Shown here in pieces: positions 61,324-64,000 of a stretch of 64,000 nt of DNA (position 1 is its first letter; each line of letters begins with the position of its first letter). The position numbers and the translations under genes are program-made. The notes beneath the pieces were generated by a model that had not been told where the DNA came from, searched no databases, and was given only the letters and a program-made list of their open reading frames with translations. The DNA is from a virus (lineage: Duplodnaviria > Caudoviricetes). The DNA lies in IMG/VR virus record IMGVR_UViG_3300019370_000055, positions 60,012 through 124,011 of that record; one strand, written 5' to 3'.

Positions 61324-61668
61324 ATGAAAATGAATCACAAATTTTACATATGGCTTATTGGAGTTATAATCGGTATAGGTATTTGTTGGCAATTACTTGA
61401 AATCCTGATCTATGGCGAAATTCAACCAAGAATTATTGATGATATTATTAGTTTTCTTTGGGTTGGAGCAATTTGCTTTGCTTATCATTTTAAGGAACTT
61501 GAACTAAAAAGAATGTTAAAGAGATATGATAAGGTCAAGATTGATGCTACTTGGTGGTTAAGAAAACCTATTCCATCAGAAATGATTTCAACTGGTTATA
61601 TTGGTGATCATATTTGGATGCAATCTGAGAATGAATTTGGATTTAGGAGGAATAACACTGATGAATGA
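61324..61668 (+). CDS. membrane protein
   Basis: two TM segments. Confidence 0.55.
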   Translation: MKMNHKFYIWLIGVIIGIGICWQLLEILIYGEIQPRIIDDIISFLWVGAICFAYHFKELELKRMLKRYDKVKIDATWWLRKPIPSEMISTGYIGDHIWMQSENEFGFRRNNTDE

Positions 61669-62101
61669 TGCTGTTGAGATTATTGGTGGTGAAGGTATTG
61701 AATTAGCGTTTAAAGACCTAAATATAAATGCAAAATGCACATACAAAAGTAAGCAACTTCCATTCTATGCAGAGGTATGGGAAATTTCAGTGGATGACTT
61801 TAAAATGCTCTGCGATTATCCAGATGAAAAATGGAAAGAAGAATGGGGTTGGTGGCGGCAAGGTTATTGTGTTTATCACAACAATATTTATAACGATTAT
61901 ACCGTAAATGGCAAAATGATGTATGGATATGAGCCAGCAGAATATGAAGATTATGAACAAATACTATATGACAGTTTTTATAATTATCTTCGTTATGTTC
62001 ATAATTTGAGTACATTTTATAATTTCTGCTACTTTGCTATCAGCCTTGCTGATGATAACAATATGAAAGTATCTGATTTTCTCAAAGAATATCAACCGTG
62101 A
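61661..62101 (+). CDS. hypothetical phage protein
   Basis: GGAGG RBS. Confidence 0.6.
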   Translation: MNDAVEIIGGEGIELAFKDLNINAKCTYKSKQLPFYAEVWEISVDDFKMLCDYPDEKWKEEWGWWRQGYCVYHNNIYNDYTVNGKMMYGYEPAEYEDYEQILYDSFYNYLRYVHNLSTFYNFCYFAISLADDNNMKVSDFLKEYQP

Positions 62102-62113
62102 TTGGAGGTGCAA

Positions 62114-62398
62114 ATGGATATTAATGATGTAAAAATTGATTGGGAGGCATTGTTAAAAGCACATCAAGAATCAATACCAACGATTTCAATTCCTGAATGT
62201 TCACCCAAAATCCCATTTTGGGAAAGGTATACTTTATCAATAGAAGAAGCCGCAGCTTATTTTAGAATTGGCGAAAACAAATTGCGAAAAATAATTTCAG
62301 AAAACAAAGATGCAGATTTTGTTTTGTGGAATGGAACTCGCTCACAAATTAAACGTAAGAAATTTGAAAACTACATTGATAGATTAAATGTAATTTAA
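62114..62398 (+). CDS. xis: excisionase (Tn916 Xis-like)
   Basis: [26 protein letters not shown]...IKRKKFE. Confidence 0.92.
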   Translation: MDINDVKIDWEALLKAHQESIPTISIPECSPKIPFWERYTLSIEEAAAYFRIGENKLRKIISENKDADFVLWNGTRSQIKRKKFENYIDRLNVI

Positions 62399-62478
62399 GA
62401 GTTGCTTCAAGACTTTCGATGTGGTATAATTAAGCGTCGGAAGTCTTTCGCATTTTGGAAATTAGAAAGGAGTGTAAA

Positions 62479-63750
62479 ATGTCCGAAAAGCGAAAAGACA
62501 GCAAAGGCCGAATTTTGCGAAACGGCGAAACACAACGCTCCGATGGAATGTATATGTATCGCTATAATGATGCTGCTGGTGTGCGGCGAACAATTTATAG
62601 CTGGCGACTTGTTGAGACAGATAAAATTCCTCCACGCAAAAAATCATGTGAACCATTAAGAGAACTTGAAAAACAGTTAGAGCGTGATACAGATGATGGT
62701 ATACAATCTTTTATTGCTGCAAAGAAAACTGTGAATGATTTTTATGAGAAGTATATGGGTATGAAAAAAGAATTAAAACCATCAACTCGATCTAACTATT
62801 CCAATACGTATAACCATTATGTAAGAGACAAGTTGGGTGTAAGACCTATTGGATCAGTCAAATACAGTGATATTAAAAAGTTTTATTTGTCAATGTACTA
62901 TGATGACGGTTTGAAGCCTAATACAATCCATGCTGTTAATACGATCCTGCATCCAATTTTTACTCTTGCTGTACGTGACGGGTATATTAGATCAAACCCG
63001 GCTTATCAAGTATATGCTGAATTAAAAAAGCAAAATGCTTGGGGTCAAGAAAAGCGTCACGCTCTTACAGAACAGCAACAGTCAGCTTTTATTGATTTCA
63101 TCCGCAATTCAATCAAGTACAGGAAATGGCTCAATATATTTACTTTATTTTTAGGTACTGGTTGCCGGGTAGGTGAAGTCGTTGGTTTACGGTGGGAAGA
63201 TTGTGATTTTCAAGAAGGCATTATCTCCATTAATCATAACCTTGTTTACTGCAAGTCAGATGGTGATAAAAAATTTAGGTATTATATTTCTACACCGAAA
63301 ACTAAAGCTGGTGAACGTGTAATTCCCATGTTAAAAGAAGTCCGTAAAGCATTACTGGAGGAACGTCTTACTCAAATGCAAACCGGGTTTAATCAGACTG
63401 TCATTGATGGTTATTCTGGATTTATTTTTCAAAACCGAAATGGCGGTATGCGAAAGCCCACTGAAATCAATAGAGTTATCAACAAGATTATCGCTGACTA
63501 TAATGCTGAAGAAACTGATCAGGCCAAAAAAGAAAAGCGAGAACCTATTCTGCTCCCGCATTTTTCTGTCCATAATTTACGGCACACTTTTTGTACCAGA
63601 TTTTGTGAGAATGAAACTAACCTTAAAATCATTCAAGAAATCATGGGACACGCAAATATATCTACTACAATGGACATTTACAATGAAGCTACGCAGGAGC
63701 AAAAGAAAGCCAGCTTTGCTAATCTTGAAGGCAAAATTATGATTGGTTAA
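62479..63750 (+). CDS. int: tyrosine integrase (Tn916-like)
   Basis: RKDSKGRILR.GE.QR.DG, TGCRVGE, HNLRHTF, MGH, DIY. Confidence 0.95.
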   Translation: MSEKRKDSKGRILRNGETQRSDGMYMYRYNDAAGVRRTIYSWRLVETDKIPPRKKSCEPLRELEKQLERDTDDGIQSFIAAKKTVNDFYEKYMGMKKELKPSTRSNYSNTYNHYVRDKLGVRPIGSVKYSDIKKFYLSMYYDDGLKPNTIHAVNTILHPIFTLAVRDGYIRSNPAYQVYAELKKQNAWGQEKRHALTEQQQSAFIDFIRNSIKYRKWLNIFTLFLGTGCRVGEVVGLRWEDCDFQEGIISINHNLVYCKSDGDKKFRYYISTPKTKAGERVIPMLKEVRKALLEERLTQMQTGFNQTVIDGYSGFIFQNRNGGMRKPTEINRVINKIIADYNAEETDQAKKEKREPILLPHFSVHNLRHTFCTRFCENETNLKIIQEIMGHANISTTMDIYNEATQEQKKASFANLEGKIMIG

Positions 63751-63757
63751 ACCAGCA

Positions 63758-63781
63758 AAAGCCTACACCAAAGCCTACACC
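63758..63781 (+). repeat. tandem 12-bp repeat, probable integrase arm-type sites near att
   Basis: AAAGCCTACACC twice, just after the int stop. Confidence 0.65.
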
Positions 63782-64000
63782 ACTACAGCATCATTCTTTA
63801 AAGTGTTCTAAAACAATAAATGAAACAAAATATAAAATCCCTATAAATCTAAAGCATTTTGAGAACATTTGCGGAATGATGTAGAAAAGTTATTTTATCC
63901 CAAAAACAAGTTGCATCCAAACAAACGATTCGTTCTTTCACAGGATGTCTTGGAGATGATGCTTCGCTCTTGTGTGGGGGCGGATGAGGTGCTGAACGGT

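Noticed and set aside
62114-63750. Tn916-like ICE
   Set aside because: Only xis-int are Tn916-like; no relaxase, coupling protein or T4SS genes are present and the cargo is phage-type

Overview
The window is about 63.8 kb of a large, AT-rich temperate phage or prophage of a Firmicutes (probably Clostridia) host, with SPbeta-like organisation. It ends at a xis-int module and a probable att junction near 63.8-63.9 kb. Nearly all genes are on the + strand and no virion genes are present. Gene order: many small accessory ORFs and tRNA-repair enzymes (1-20 kb); a tRNA-flanked RNA/regulatory island (20.3-28.1 kb); Pnkp/RNA ligase and four DNA methyltransferases; a replisome (SSB-like, Sak4-like ATPase, DnaB, primase, nuclease, DnaE, LigA); nucleotide metabolism (ThyX, NrdDG, FolD, dUTPase); xis-int. 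The strongest candidate for a novel system is a stand-alone 193-aa Cas7/RAMP-fold gene (20517-21098). It is followed by two non-CRISPR arrays of GGT-NN pentamers cut into six 8-11-pentamer units by a GGATTTTAA delimiter, with a wHTH gene between the arrays and tRNA genes on both sides. This looks like an RNA-guided system with an interrupted guide code. Other notable features: an ncRNA copying the L11-binding region of 23S rRNA; a ~400-nt structured RNA with heptamer repeats; a co-oriented 17-bp operator in at least 14 copies; four genes frameshifted at poly-G tracts; two tRNA-like genes with aberrant anticodon loops; and an orphan DGR-type target gene. All protein calls come from motif recognition by eye; no database search was run.
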